Shown here one piece after another: positions 25,542 to 33,258 of a DNA stretch of 39,944 nucleotides. The position numbers were made by a program, and so were the translations under genes. Numbering within the stretch: position 1 is the first letter of the stretch; each line of letters begins with the position of its first letter. This DNA comes from a virus. Below the pieces are notes generated by a model. It was not told the DNA's origin. It searched no databases and worked only from the letters and a program-made list of their open reading frames with translations. The DNA lies in IMG/VR virus record IMGVR_UViG_3300018476_000009, positions 1 through 39,944 of that record; one strand, given 5' to 3'.

Positions 25542-25544
25542 CGC

Positions 25545-25826
25545 TCAGACCTTCTTCGGCTTGGGGCGGCGCATCTCGCGGCGTTTGCGTGCCTCACGCC
25601 CCATGCGCTCGCCGCAGTCCAGCGCCCACTGCACCACCCAATCCATGTCGGGTTCGTCCAGTTGCGCCGAGAGCAGTCCCACGACCGCAGCAGCGGCGTA
25701 GTACTCCTCCAACGTGAGATTCAGTGTGGCGGGCACGGCGGGCGTGCGCGGGTTCAGCAGACCCGTCTTCGCGCGGGGATTCCAGCCACGCAGCGGCGGC
25801 ACCGTGGGGACAGCCGTCCACGTCAT
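25545..25826 (-). CDS. hypothetical protein upstream of int, possible recombination directionality factor (93 aa)
   Basis: ATG 25826 with GGAG 10 nt upstream. Stops 3 nt before the int start. Basic C-terminal tail (REARKRREMRRPKPKK). The function is a guess from position only. Confidence 0.45.
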   Translation of the reverse strand: MTWTAVPTVPPLRGWNPRAKTGLLNPRTPAVPATLNLTLEEYYAAAAVVGLLSAQLDEPDMDWVVQWALDCGERMGREARKRREMRRPKPKKV

Positions 25827-26118
25827 CAGCAGATCTCCATCAGAAGAGAGAGGGACAGGTAGGACAGTCGCTGACGACACAACTGTCCGGTACAAAACCA
25901 TTGCGTCATCTCGTGGCGGTCGGTAGATTGTCTGCTGGCAGACAACTGGCGGGTCGCAGACGGCTCGTAGATCGGCTCCACATAGATCGTAGCGAGGCGT
26001 GCCCACATGGCGAGTTCCCGGCTGGCGACACACGCGCGTGAGAGTCGCGGTGATATTGCGGACGCGCGATACGTCGCGCGCATGTTTCTCCGGTGCGATG
26101 GGCCTGACCGGGCCACGG

Positions 26119-26631
26119 TCACCGCGATGCTCGAGCGGATCGTCGCTGGGTCAATGGCGACGGCTCCTCTGCGGCCGGTGACGCCTGAGGCGCCGGCCGG
26201 AACGCGGTCATTACACGTAGTACCAACGCGCGGTCCGCGTCGTTAAGCCGCGCCCATTCCGCCACAAGTTGACGGCCCAGATACCCGCCAGGGAGCGGGG
26301 CGTATTGCGGCGCGGTGTAGTAGGCGTCCAGTTGATCCGCGATGGCGGTTTTCCCAGCGGCGCGCAGCACCTCTGTCGGCGCGCGTCCGAGTAACTGCGC
26401 GAGCCGCAGGCAATTTTCCACGTTGAGCGTGTACGCCTTGCCTGACCGCATTTTGTTGTAGCGCGTGTTGTCGATGTCCAAGGCATCGGCCACGCGTCGC
26501 TGCACCCCGCCAAACAACGCTTCCGCCTCCGACAACAAGGCCAGAAACGCATCAAACCCCGGCGCGCTGTTGGGTTCCACTTGACCTAATGTGAAGTGTT
26601 CGTAGCTATTGGCGCTAGACCAACCCGACAT
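26119..26631 (-). CDS. CI-like repressor (HTH) (170 aa)
   Basis: ATG 26631 preceded by AGGAG 10 nt upstream. HTH QRRVADALDIDNTRYNKMRSGKAYTLNVENCLRLAQLL. Divergent from the Cro-like gene. The track start at 26730 was rejected because it runs through the divergent promoters. Confidence 0.7.
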   Translation of the reverse strand: MSGWSSANSYEHFTLGQVEPNSAPGFDAFLALLSEAEALFGGVQRRVADALDIDNTRYNKMRSGKAYTLNVENCLRLAQLLGRAPTEVLRAAGKTAIADQLDAYYTAPQYAPLPGGYLGRQLVAEWARLNDADRALVLRVMTAFRPAPQASPAAEEPSPLTQRRSARASR

Positions 26632-26655
26632 TAGGCCGTGACTCCTACCAAATAA

Positions 26656-26689
26656 AGTATTGACATAGCCGTCAATGCCGTCATAGAGT
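26656..26689. promoter_or_regulatory. overlapping divergent promoters of the lysogeny switch
   Basis: + strand: TTGACA 26660-65, 18 nt, TAGAGT 26684-89, then ATG 26705. - strand: ATGACG (26684-79), 17 nt, AATACT (26661-56), then AGGAG and ATG 26631. The direct repeat GCCGTCA x2 (26668-74, 26677-83) lies in the shared spacer. Confidence 0.5.
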
Positions 26690-26704
26690 TTGGCTCTAAC
26701 GCCA

Positions 26705-26911
26705 ATGCTTGATGAATTGCTCGACCTCAAACAGATCCGGCTGGAGTTGGACTTGACCTATACGGCCCTCGCGCACGCGTGCGGGTTGAAGGACTCCAGC
26801 CATCTCTACCGACTCCTGCACGGGCAGCGTCACCCCGGTGACCGCACGCTGTTCAAGATTCGGCGCTACCTGGACGCGCACAAAGCGCCGCGTCGAAGGA
26901 AGGCGTCCTAG
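26705..26911 (+). CDS. Cro-like HTH regulator (68 aa)
   Basis: HTH LTYTALAHACGLKDSSHLYRLLHG. First ATG after the rightward promoter, with a short leader. Confidence 0.65.
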   Translation: MLDELLDLKQIRLELDLTYTALAHACGLKDSSHLYRLLHGQRHPGDRTLFKIRRYLDAHKAPRRRKAS

Positions 26912-27219
26912 TGACGCCCTTCAAGCAGCGCGGCGAGGCGGTCCCGACGGCGGCGCAGGAGGGTCTGCGCGCGGGTGACGGCAACCATCGCCCGTTCCAG
27001 GTCGGTGAGACGCTGCCGATCCGCATGAGCGCGGACGACATGCAGCGGGCCTTCCGTTTCGGCCACACGCGGTTCTACGCGCTCGTGGACGCGGGCCACT
27101 TCGACCGCTTTGAAATTCTCCCGCGCATCGGCAATCGCGCGTGGAGTGGGGTGCTCGTCGCGCGCTATCTCGCGGGCGAGCTGCAACCGCGGCGCAGCTT
27201 TGGACGCGGAGCGCGCTGA
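26911..27219 (+). CDS. DNA-binding protein with an AlpA/excisionase-type HTH (102 aa)
   Basis: GTG start overlapping the stop (TAGTG), with GAAGGAAGG upstream. LPIRMSADDMQRAFRFGHTRFYALVDAGHFDRFEILPRIGNRAWSGVLVARYLAGE resembles MerR/Xis-type HTH proteins. Confidence 0.5.
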   Translation: MTPFKQRGEAVPTAAQEGLRAGDGNHRPFQVGETLPIRMSADDMQRAFRFGHTRFYALVDAGHFDRFEILPRIGNRAWSGVLVARYLAGELQPRRSFGRGAR

Positions 27220-27298
27220 TGTCGTCGTCAACATGCTCCCTAGGATGGAGCGAACGCGTGCGTGGGCGTGACTGCAGAAAGGTAAGAGAGGTGACTGA

Positions 27299-27538
27299 TT
27301 GGATTTTCTCTTGGCAGGCACGGATTTGCTCAACGCGCATCCGCTGCTGTTCGTGGCGGGCGTGCTGGCGGCGGCGCTGGTGGTCTGGAAGCTCACCGTG
27401 CTGATTGGCCTGGAGTGGGAGATTCGGGCGGCGCATCGCGCGTCGCGGCGGGCGCAGCAGCGGGAACAGGCGCAGCGGCGCGAGGCGACCCTCCAGCAGA
27501 TTGCGCGCTTCCGGCGGAACACGAAGGGAGCGGCGTAA
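27299..27538 (+). CDS. small membrane protein with a basic C-terminal tail (79 aa)
   Basis: TTG start with AGAGAGG upstream. TM segment LLFVAGVLAAALVVWKLTVLIGL. Confidence 0.5.
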   Translation: MDFLLAGTDLLNAHPLLFVAGVLAAALVVWKLTVLIGLEWEIRAAHRASRRAQQREQAQRREATLQQIARFRRNTKGAA

Positions 27539-27738
27539 TGGATACCCGCACCCACTACCTCCCCTCGTTTACGAAGCGCGACGACCTCGGACGCCAGCAG
27601 GCGATCTGCGGCGCGTGGACGTGGCCGGAACAGCACCGCATCGATCCGGCGGAACTCGGCTGCTGGGGCTGCCGGATGTGGATGGAGAACCTGCACCTGA
27701 TCGAACCCGAGACGGCCGACGAGCGGAGGACCGCATGA
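27538..27738 (+). CDS. hypothetical protein (66 aa)
   Basis: TAATG overlap with AAGGGAG upstream. Confidence 0.5.
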   Translation: MDTRTHYLPSFTKRDDLGRQQAICGAWTWPEQHRIDPAELGCWGCRMWMENLHLIEPETADERRTA

Positions 27739-28511
27739 CGCTTGCACTCATCGAACGTCAGCCGCAGTCCGTCGCGGTCACCGCCGACGAAGTCGCGCTC
27801 GTCCGAGAGACCGTCGCGAAGGGTGCCACGGACGCCGAACTGAAACTGTATTTCTACGACTGCCAGCGACAGGGCGTCCACCCGTTGGACCGATTGATTC
27901 ACTTCACGAAGCGCGGGAACAAATACACGCCGGTCATCGGCATCGACTTCATGCGGACGCGTGCGGCTGACAGCGGCGAGTATGCCGGCAGCGACGATGC
28001 CGCGTTTACCGGGAAGCAGAAGGCCGACGACTGGGCGGCGACGGTGACGGTGTGGCGCATCGTGCAGGGGCAGCGGTGCGCCTTCACGGCGACGGCGCGC
28101 TGGAGCGAATACAAGCCGGATGCGGCGCACATGTGGGCGCGGATGCCGCACACGATGCTCGCGAAGTGCGCGGAGGCGTTGGCGCTCCGCAAGGGCTTCC
28201 CGCGGCAGTTGGCGGGCCTCTACGCGCAGGAGGAGATGGCGCAGGCTGACCGGCCCTCGAACGGGAACGGCCACGGGCCGCGCCCGGTGGTGGTCGAGCC
28301 TGAGACGTTGGACGAGCTCACGGGCGAACTCGTGCCGGGGGCGCCGGATGGCTTCGACTCGTGGTGGCTGGACATGGTGGCGTGCGCGGACACCGGCACG
28401 GCGGCGCTGCAGGCGGCGTGGGCGCAGTCGGATCGTCGGTTCAAGGCGTTCACCATGAACCAGCGACGCGCCGAGTGGGCGGCGTTGAAGACGAAGGCGG
28501 GGGCGCGGTGA
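27735..28511 (+). CDS. recT: RecT-family single-strand annealing protein (258 aa)
   Basis: ATGA overlap with GGAGGA RBS. VAKGATDAELKLYFYDCQRQGVHPLDRLIHF...VIGIDFMRTRAADSGEYAG...MPHTMLAKCAEALALRKGFP is the RecT pattern. Confidence 0.8.
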   Translation: MTLALIERQPQSVAVTADEVALVRETVAKGATDAELKLYFYDCQRQGVHPLDRLIHFTKRGNKYTPVIGIDFMRTRAADSGEYAGSDDAAFTGKQKADDWAATVTVWRIVQGQRCAFTATARWSEYKPDAAHMWARMPHTMLAKCAEALALRKGFPRQLAGLYAQEEMAQADRPSNGNGHGPRPVVVEPETLDELTGELVPGAPDGFDSWWLDMVACADTGTAALQAAWAQSDRRFKAFTMNQRRAEWAALKTKAGAR

Positions 28512-29143
28512 CGGTCCTCACCTGTGACCAGCGCAGCGCAGAGTGGTATGCCGCCCGTCTGGGGCGGCTGACCGCCTCGAGCCTTGGGGATGCGTTCGCC
28601 ACGACGAAAAGCGGCTTCTCGACCAGTCGCCGGAACCTGCGGCTGCGCCTGGTGCTGGAGCGCCTCACGGGACGGTCGCAAGAGAATGGCTACAGCAACG
28701 CGGCAATGGAGCGAGGGATTCAACTCGAGCCAGAGGCGCGGGGCGCCTATGAGGTCGAATCCGGCCTGCTGGTGGACGAGGTCGGCTTTGTCATCCACGA
28801 CGAGCTGCTCACGGGTGCCTCACCAGACGGATTGATCAACGACGACGGCGGGCTGGAGATCAAGTGCCCCGGCGCCGCCGCGCATCTCGATTACCTGAAG
28901 GGCGAGATTCCCAACGACTACAAGCTCCAGGTTTATCACTCGCTGTGGCTGACAGGGCGCGCATGGTGGGACTTCGCCTCGTTTCATCCCGACTTCCCCG
29001 AACCGTTGCGGCTCAAAGTAGTGCGCCTCTACGCGAAGGACATCGACCTGGCCGCGCACGAACTCGCGGTGCGGTTGTTTCTCTCGGAGTGTGACCGCGA
29101 ACTGCAACAGGTCGAGGCGTTGATGGTGGAGAAAGTCGCATGA
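28508..29143 (+). CDS. YqaJ/lambda-Exo-type recombination exonuclease (211 aa)
   Basis: GTGA overlap. QRSAEWYAARLGRLTASS...ASPDGLINDDGGLEIKCP...YKLQVYHSLWLTG. Confidence 0.8.
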   Translation: MTVLTCDQRSAEWYAARLGRLTASSLGDAFATTKSGFSTSRRNLRLRLVLERLTGRSQENGYSNAAMERGIQLEPEARGAYEVESGLLVDEVGFVIHDELLTGASPDGLINDDGGLEIKCPGAAAHLDYLKGEIPNDYKLQVYHSLWLTGRAWWDFASFHPDFPEPLRLKVVRLYAKDIDLAAHELAVRLFLSECDRELQQVEALMVEKVA

Positions 29144-29264
29144 CCCCGCGCCGGCCCGCTGTTCACACGCAGGGGGAACTCGGACGTGTGGCCGACGTGG
29201 GCTGCTCAATTCTGAGCGGCGCGTGGTTGTTACGGCAGCGGGTCGGCGCGGCGGGGGCAGCACG

Positions 29265-29684
29265 ATGAGCATCGCACCTATTTTTCTCGGGCATATCACG
29301 GACGGGCATCTCGCGTGGGATACGGGCGTGTCCGACAAACTGCGCGAGCATCTGCACGCGTTGGACGGCAAGGCCGTCGAGGCCGTCATTCGCCCGAAGC
29401 GGTCGAAGCGCAGTCACGACCAGAACGCCTGGTTGTGGGGTGTGGCGTATCCGCTGCTCGCGGAGTGTCTCGGCTACGACAAGCACGAACACGATCGGCT
29501 GCATTACGCGCTACTGGGCGAGTGCTTCGGCACGACCTACGACCAGCGGTTCGGGCGCGAGCTGCCGCGCGTGTCGAGTTCCAAGCTGACGACCAAAGAG
29601 TTTAGCGACTACATGGAATGGCTGGTCCGGTGGAGTGCCACGGAGCACCACTGCGTGATCCCATTGCCAGGAGAGAGCGCATGA
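29265..29684 (+). CDS. NinB/Orf-like recombination mediator (139 aa)
   Basis: RPKRSKRSHDQNAWLWGVAYPLLAECLG and SSSKLTTKEFSDYMEWLVRW parallel lambda NinB (NRSLDQNRKLWACLGDVS; STSRMRVGEFAELLELIQ) as I remember it. The start is uncertain; GTG 29223 is the alternative. Confidence 0.5.
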   Translation: MSIAPIFLGHITDGHLAWDTGVSDKLREHLHALDGKAVEAVIRPKRSKRSHDQNAWLWGVAYPLLAECLGYDKHEHDRLHYALLGECFGTTYDQRFGRELPRVSSSKLTTKEFSDYMEWLVRWSATEHHCVIPLPGESA

Positions 29685-29878
29685 CGCATTACACGGACAG
29701 TGACCGGATTCCCGACCGCCGCGGCAACGTGCGCGCGGTCTGTGGGCAGCTCGTGAATGAACAGCACGGCGAGACCGACGACCAGCAGCCGACGTGTCCA
29801 CAGTGCGCGCAGTGGCTGCAGCAGCACAACGCCGAACCGTTGCCCGCGTGGGCGACGGAGAAGTGGAGCGCACGATGA
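29681..29878 (+). CDS. small Cys-containing protein (65 aa)
   Basis: ATGA overlap. C...CPQC. Confidence 0.45.
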   Translation: MTHYTDSDRIPDRRGNVRAVCGQLVNEQHGETDDQQPTCPQCAQWLQQHNAEPLPAWATEKWSAR

Positions 29879-30114
29879 GGCGCGCGGGTTACCACCACCA
29901 CCCCTGCCAGGACTGTGGCGCGAAAACGGTCTGCCCCGGTGAGTGGGAAGAGAACTACGACGGCATTCCCGAAGTGATCTGCCGCGAGTTTCACCAGGAC
30001 GGCGGGATCAATTTCGACTTCGTCTGTGCGGACTGCGACGCGCAGCGCATGGCACAGGCCGATGCGGATGCGGCGGCTGATGAGCGTGACGACGAGTCGG
30101 GGGAGGCGGCGTGA
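29875..30114 (+). CDS. small Cys-rich, probably zinc-binding protein with an acidic tail (79 aa)
   Basis: ATGA overlap. CQDCG...C...C...CADC. Confidence 0.45.
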   Translation: MRRAGYHHHPCQDCGAKTVCPGEWEENYDGIPEVICREFHQDGGINFDFVCADCDAQRMAQADADAAADERDDESGEAA

Positions 30115-30425
30115 TGGCGATGGGCTACGGCGTGGCCGTCCCCAAACCGGCGAAGGGCAGCAGTCGCCGCGCACGGCTCACGAGTCGCCAGCGGCACGCC
30201 AGGGCCATGCGGACGGCCGTCTGGATGCGGGCGCGGGGACTGTGTGAGGTCTGCGGGGCAGGCCCGTTGACGCGGACGCTCGACGTGCTGGACCCGCGGG
30301 CGGGGCATGTGGCGCATCTGCGGGCGCGGCGGGTGGCGCCGGAAGACCGCTTCAACCCGGAGGCGTGTCGGCTGAAGTGCCGGTCCTGCCATCTGGGTGA
30401 CGACCACGGGCAGAGGTGGGCATGA
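30111..30425 (+). CDS. small HNH-type nuclease (104 aa)
   Basis: GTGA overlap. CEVCG...GHVAHL...NPEACRLKCRSCH fits an H-N-H plus CxxC arrangement. Confidence 0.5.
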   Translation: MMAMGYGVAVPKPAKGSSRRARLTSRQRHARAMRTAVWMRARGLCEVCGAGPLTRTLDVLDPRAGHVAHLRARRVAPEDRFNPEACRLKCRSCHLGDDHGQRWA

Positions 30426-30586
30426 CGCGGCTCGACGCCTTGCGGGCGCTGGTGGTGAAGCCGCCGGAAACCGACGACGACCAGAAGATCGGGCATGTGT
30501 ATGTGTATCCGAAACCGGCTGAGACGAGGACGGTCACGCCGCTCTCGCCGTGGGTGGAGTGGTTCAGGAAGCAGGTGAGCGCATGA
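30422..30586 (+). CDS. hypothetical protein (54 aa)
   Basis: ATGA overlaps at both ends. Hand translation MTRLDALRALVVKPPETDDDQKIGHVYVYPKP... Below the track cutoff. Confidence 0.45.
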   Translation: MTRLDALRALVVKPPETDDDQKIGHVYVYPKPAETRTVTPLSPWVEWFRKQVSA

Positions 30587-30858
30587 AGGACGAGATTCTG
30601 CGCCGACAGGGCAAGACCGCCGCGGTGATCGCGCTGTTCGCGTTGCGGCCGGGGGTCTGGATTGACGCCGGCACGCTGGCGAAGGTGGGCGGCTTCTGTG
30701 CGTGGCGCACGCGGACGAGTGACGCGCGGAAGGCGTTCGAGCAGGACGGGCTGGGCACGGTGGAGTGGAACGGCCAGGTCCGCGAGTCGGCCTATCGGTT
30801 CGTCCCGCAGACGCTGAAACGGGAGACGCCCGCCACACAGATGGAGATGTTTTCCTGA
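30583..30858 (+). CDS. winged-helix-like DNA-binding protein (91 aa)
   Basis: ATGA overlap. KTAAVIALFALRPGVWIDAGTLAKVGG...RTRTSDARKAF. Confidence 0.4.
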   Translation: MKDEILRRQGKTAAVIALFALRPGVWIDAGTLAKVGGFCAWRTRTSDARKAFEQDGLGTVEWNGQVRESAYRFVPQTLKRETPATQMEMFS

Positions 30859-31649
30859 TGTCGTGGGTCCGCATTCACGACGGGGCCATCCGTCATCCGA
30901 AGCTCGTCGGGCTGGTGGACTGGAAGAATCCTTTCTGCCTGTGGGTGTGGGGGTTGTCCTACGTGCAGGAGCATCTGACGGATGGGGTGATCGTCAAGGC
31001 GGCCATGCCGAATCCCACGGCATTCAAGACCGCGCAGCGATTGATCACGCAGGCACTCTGGCGGGAAGAGGCCGACGTGTTCATCGTCCACGACTACCTG
31101 GACTGGAACGATTCCAAGGACGTGATTCAGCACAAACGCGCGGGCGGGAAAGCGCGCGTCGCGGCGTTACGTTCCCGCATACGTAACGGCGTTACAGACA
31201 GCGTTACTCACGCCGAACGTAACGCGTTACGTAACGCGCACACTCCTAGTGGCGTGGTGTTACGTACTGATCTCACAACGACGAAGATCTCGGAAGGGGA
31301 GTCTGAGGGGAAACCATCAGCGCCTCGTCCGCAGCCGATGCTGTCGCCGCCAGACTCTGAGATCGCTGACCGCGCCGCCGCCTTGCTCGAGACCTACGGC
31401 GAGCGGTATACGAAACACCGTAAAGGCGCGAAACACTTACAGTTAGGGGCTAATCTCGACTGGACGCAAGCGTGTGAGTTGTGCCGCACCTGGGACGACG
31501 AACGGCTGGGAAAACTCATCGATATTTTCCTGACGACGGACGACGACTGGGTCTCCACGACGGCGAGAACCTTTCGCATTTTTGTCACGCGGGCGAGCTG
31601 GTGCGACGACCGGTTGGCGCAGTGGGAAGCCAAACGGAGGCACGCGTGA
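30858..31649 (+). CDS. putative replication initiator or replisome organiser (263 aa)
   Basis: TGATG overlap. N-terminal MSWVRIHDGAIRHPKLVGL...FCLWVWGLSYVQEHLTDGVI resembles phage replication-protein N-termini. An iteron-like repeat cluster lies in its central linker. Confidence 0.4.
   Translation: MSWVRIHDGAIRHPKLVGLVDWKNPFCLWVWGLSYVQEHLTDGVIVKAAMPNPTAFKTAQRLITQALWREEADVFIVHDYLDWNDSKDVIQHKRAGGKARVAALRSRIRNGVTDSVTHAERNALRNAHTPSGVVLRTDLTTTKISEGESEGKPSAPRPQPMLSPPDSEIADRAAALLETYGERYTKHRKGAKHLQLGANLDWTQACELCRTWDDERLGKLIDIFLTTDDDWVSTTARTFRIFVTRASWCDDRLAQWEAKRRHA
31165..31266. repeat. cluster of 8 copies of the hexamer GTTACG/CGTAAC (some 5-mer cores), candidate origin iterons
   Basis: gttacg 31165, cgtaac 31181, gttac 31190, cgttac 31201, cgtaacg 31217, cgttacgtaacg 31224-35 (2 copies), gttacgtac 31258. 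An AT-containing hexamer is recurring within ~100 bp of a GC-rich coding region. Confidence 0.55.
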
Positions 31650-32095
31650 GGCGCGAAACAGACCCCTTCGTCGGCAAACTTTCGAGCGTCCTGAAGGACA
31701 TTCTGGCGGTCAGAATCACCCTGCGCGAGGCCGGTGCCACGGACGCCGCCATCGCCACCACCACCGGCCGGATGCTGCGCGAGAAGTGGCCGGTTAAGGG
31801 CCGCGAGTGGCACTACCACTGCGAGACCTGCAGCGACTCAGGCTGGCAGCCCCGCGTCTGCACGCCACAGACCCCGTGCGGGCGTCCGTTTCGGGTCCCC
31901 GGCGCGCATAGCGACGACTGGACGGGTAAGGGTCAGTGCTCACCCGGACATGCATACGTCCAGCCCTGCCTGGACTGCGCGCGTGGGTATCAGCGTCGAT
32001 CGGACCTCGCCCGCGTGGCACAGCCTGACGACTACGCCGCCGCCGGCAAGACCGCTCCGAAGCCGAAGGGGTTCAGCCGGTGGGGCGACCGATGA
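31646..32095 (+). CDS. Cys-rich protein (149 aa)
   Basis: GTGA overlap. HCETCSDSGW...C...C...C...CLDC. Confidence 0.45.
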   Translation: MRRETDPFVGKLSSVLKDILAVRITLREAGATDAAIATTTGRMLREKWPVKGREWHYHCETCSDSGWQPRVCTPQTPCGRPFRVPGAHSDDWTGKGQCSPGHAYVQPCLDCARGYQRRSDLARVAQPDDYAAAGKTAPKPKGFSRWGDR

Positions 32096-32295
32096 CGGAC
32101 GAATCGCGCGTGCTCGCGGTGCTGGAGACCCGTCGCCAGCTCAATCAGGCGCAAGTGATCCAGGCGTGCCGGATGGGCGCCTATGCCTGCATGGACGCCC
32201 TCGCGCGGCTGATCGACCTCGGGCTCGTGGAGCGCACCACGTATCGCAGTGGACGCGCGGGACGGCCGGCGTTGCTGTATCGGCGGTGCGCGTGA
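32092..32295 (+). CDS. MarR-like winged-helix protein (67 aa)
   Basis: ATGA overlap. RVLAVLETRRQLNQAQVIQACRMGAYACMDALARLIDLGLVER. Confidence 0.45.
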   Translation: MTDESRVLAVLETRRQLNQAQVIQACRMGAYACMDALARLIDLGLVERTTYRSGRAGRPALLYRRCA

Positions 32296-32867
32296 GAGTG
32301 CTGGTGGCCTGCGAGTTCTCGGGCGTGGTGCGGGATGCTTTCCGCGCGGCGGGGCATGGTGCCCTGAGCTGCGACCTGTTGCCCAGCGAGGCGCCGGGGC
32401 CGCACTATCAGGGCGATGTGCGCGATCTCCTGCACGAGGGCTGCTGGGATCTCCTCATCGCCCATCCGCCTTGCACGCATCTCGCGGTGAGCGGGGCGCG
32501 GTGGTTCACGGAGAAGCGCACGGAACAGACCGCGGCGCTCGACTTCGTGCGAGATCTGCTGGCCGCTCCGGTGCCGCGGATCTGTCTCGAGAACCCGGTG
32601 AGCATCATCTCGACGCACATCCGCCACGCGGACCAGATCATCGAGCCGTGGCAGTTCGGGCACGGAGAGGTGAAGCGCACCTGTCTGTGGTTGAAGTCGC
32701 TGCCGCGCCTGGTGCCCACGCAGATCGTGGACGGACGGCACGCGCGTGTGCATCGAGAACCGCCCGGACCAGACCGTTGGAAGAACCGATCGAGAACCTT
32801 CGTCGGCATTGCCGCCGCGATGGCCGACCAGTGGGGCCACGTCGCAGACTGGGAGTTGACCGCCTGA
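32292..32867 (+). CDS. short C-5 cytosine DNA methyltransferase-like protein (191 aa)
   Basis: GTGA overlap. The last 191 aa of track ORF 31734..32867. CEFSGVV (motif I-like), HPPCTHLAVSG (motif IV PPC-like), LENPVS (motif VI ENV-like). Too short to hold a classical target-recognition domain. Confidence 0.55.
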   Translation: MRVLVACEFSGVVRDAFRAAGHGALSCDLLPSEAPGPHYQGDVRDLLHEGCWDLLIAHPPCTHLAVSGARWFTEKRTEQTAALDFVRDLLAAPVPRICLENPVSIISTHIRHADQIIEPWQFGHGEVKRTCLWLKSLPRLVPTQIVDGRHARVHREPPGPDRWKNRSRTFVGIAAAMADQWGHVADWELTA

Positions 32868-33235
32868 TGGGATTCCGACGACGCGCAGGCGGCGGGCACA
32901 AATATCAAGCTGTGGCGACGACGGTGCATGGCTTTCGGTTCGCGTCGAAGGCTGAAGCGCGGCGCTATCAGGACTTACTGCTGATTGGGATGGCTGGCGA
33001 GATTAGGAACCTTGAACTCCAGCCGCGGTTCGATCTGCATGTCGGCGGGGTGAAGGTGGCGACCTACGTGGCGGACTTCCGCTACGAGGAGCGTGTCTCG
33101 GGCGCGCATCAGTTGCCCTGGCGCGATGTCATCGAAGATGTGAAGGGTGTCCGCACGCCGACGTACCGAATGAAGCAGAAGCACATGGTGGCGGAATACG
33201 GCATCACGATCCGCGAAGTGCGGATGAAGCCATAG
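32867..33235 (+). CDS. DUF1064-family protein (nuclease or resolvase-like fold) (122 aa)
   Basis: TGATG overlap. KYQAVATTVHGFRFASKAEARRYQDLLL...GEIRNLELQPRFDL...YVADFRYEE...IEDVKG fits the DUF1064 pattern as I remember it. Confidence 0.55.
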   Translation: MGFRRRAGGGHKYQAVATTVHGFRFASKAEARRYQDLLLIGMAGEIRNLELQPRFDLHVGGVKVATYVADFRYEERVSGAHQLPWRDVIEDVKGVRTPTYRMKQKHMVAEYGITIREVRMKP

Positions 33236-33258
33236 AGGCGGTGTTCTGAAAATACCTG

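Noticed and set aside
24597-25862. 421-aa + strand ORF across the integrase locus.
   Set aside because: It is antisense to a clear tyrosine recombinase with all catalytic motifs, and it has an Arg-rich shadow composition.
26007-26246. 79-aa + strand ORF overlapping the 3' end of the CI-like gene.
   Set aside because: Half of it is antisense to the CI-like gene, it has no RBS, and its GC3 is mediocre (about 68% by my count). It is kept only as an alternative inside the finding on 25827..26118.
26632-26730. Upstream extension of the CI-like ORF to the track start at 26730.
   Set aside because: The extension would run through both divergent promoters and overlap the Cro-like start. The internal ATG 26631 has an AGGAG at proper spacing.
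31734-32291. N-terminal 186 aa of the 377-aa track ORF 31734..32867.
   Set aside because: This part overlaps two better-supported genes in other frames (31646..32095 and 32092..32295) and is Arg/Pro/Ala-rich. Only the part from GTG 32292 (GTGA overlap) carries the methyltransferase-like motifs.
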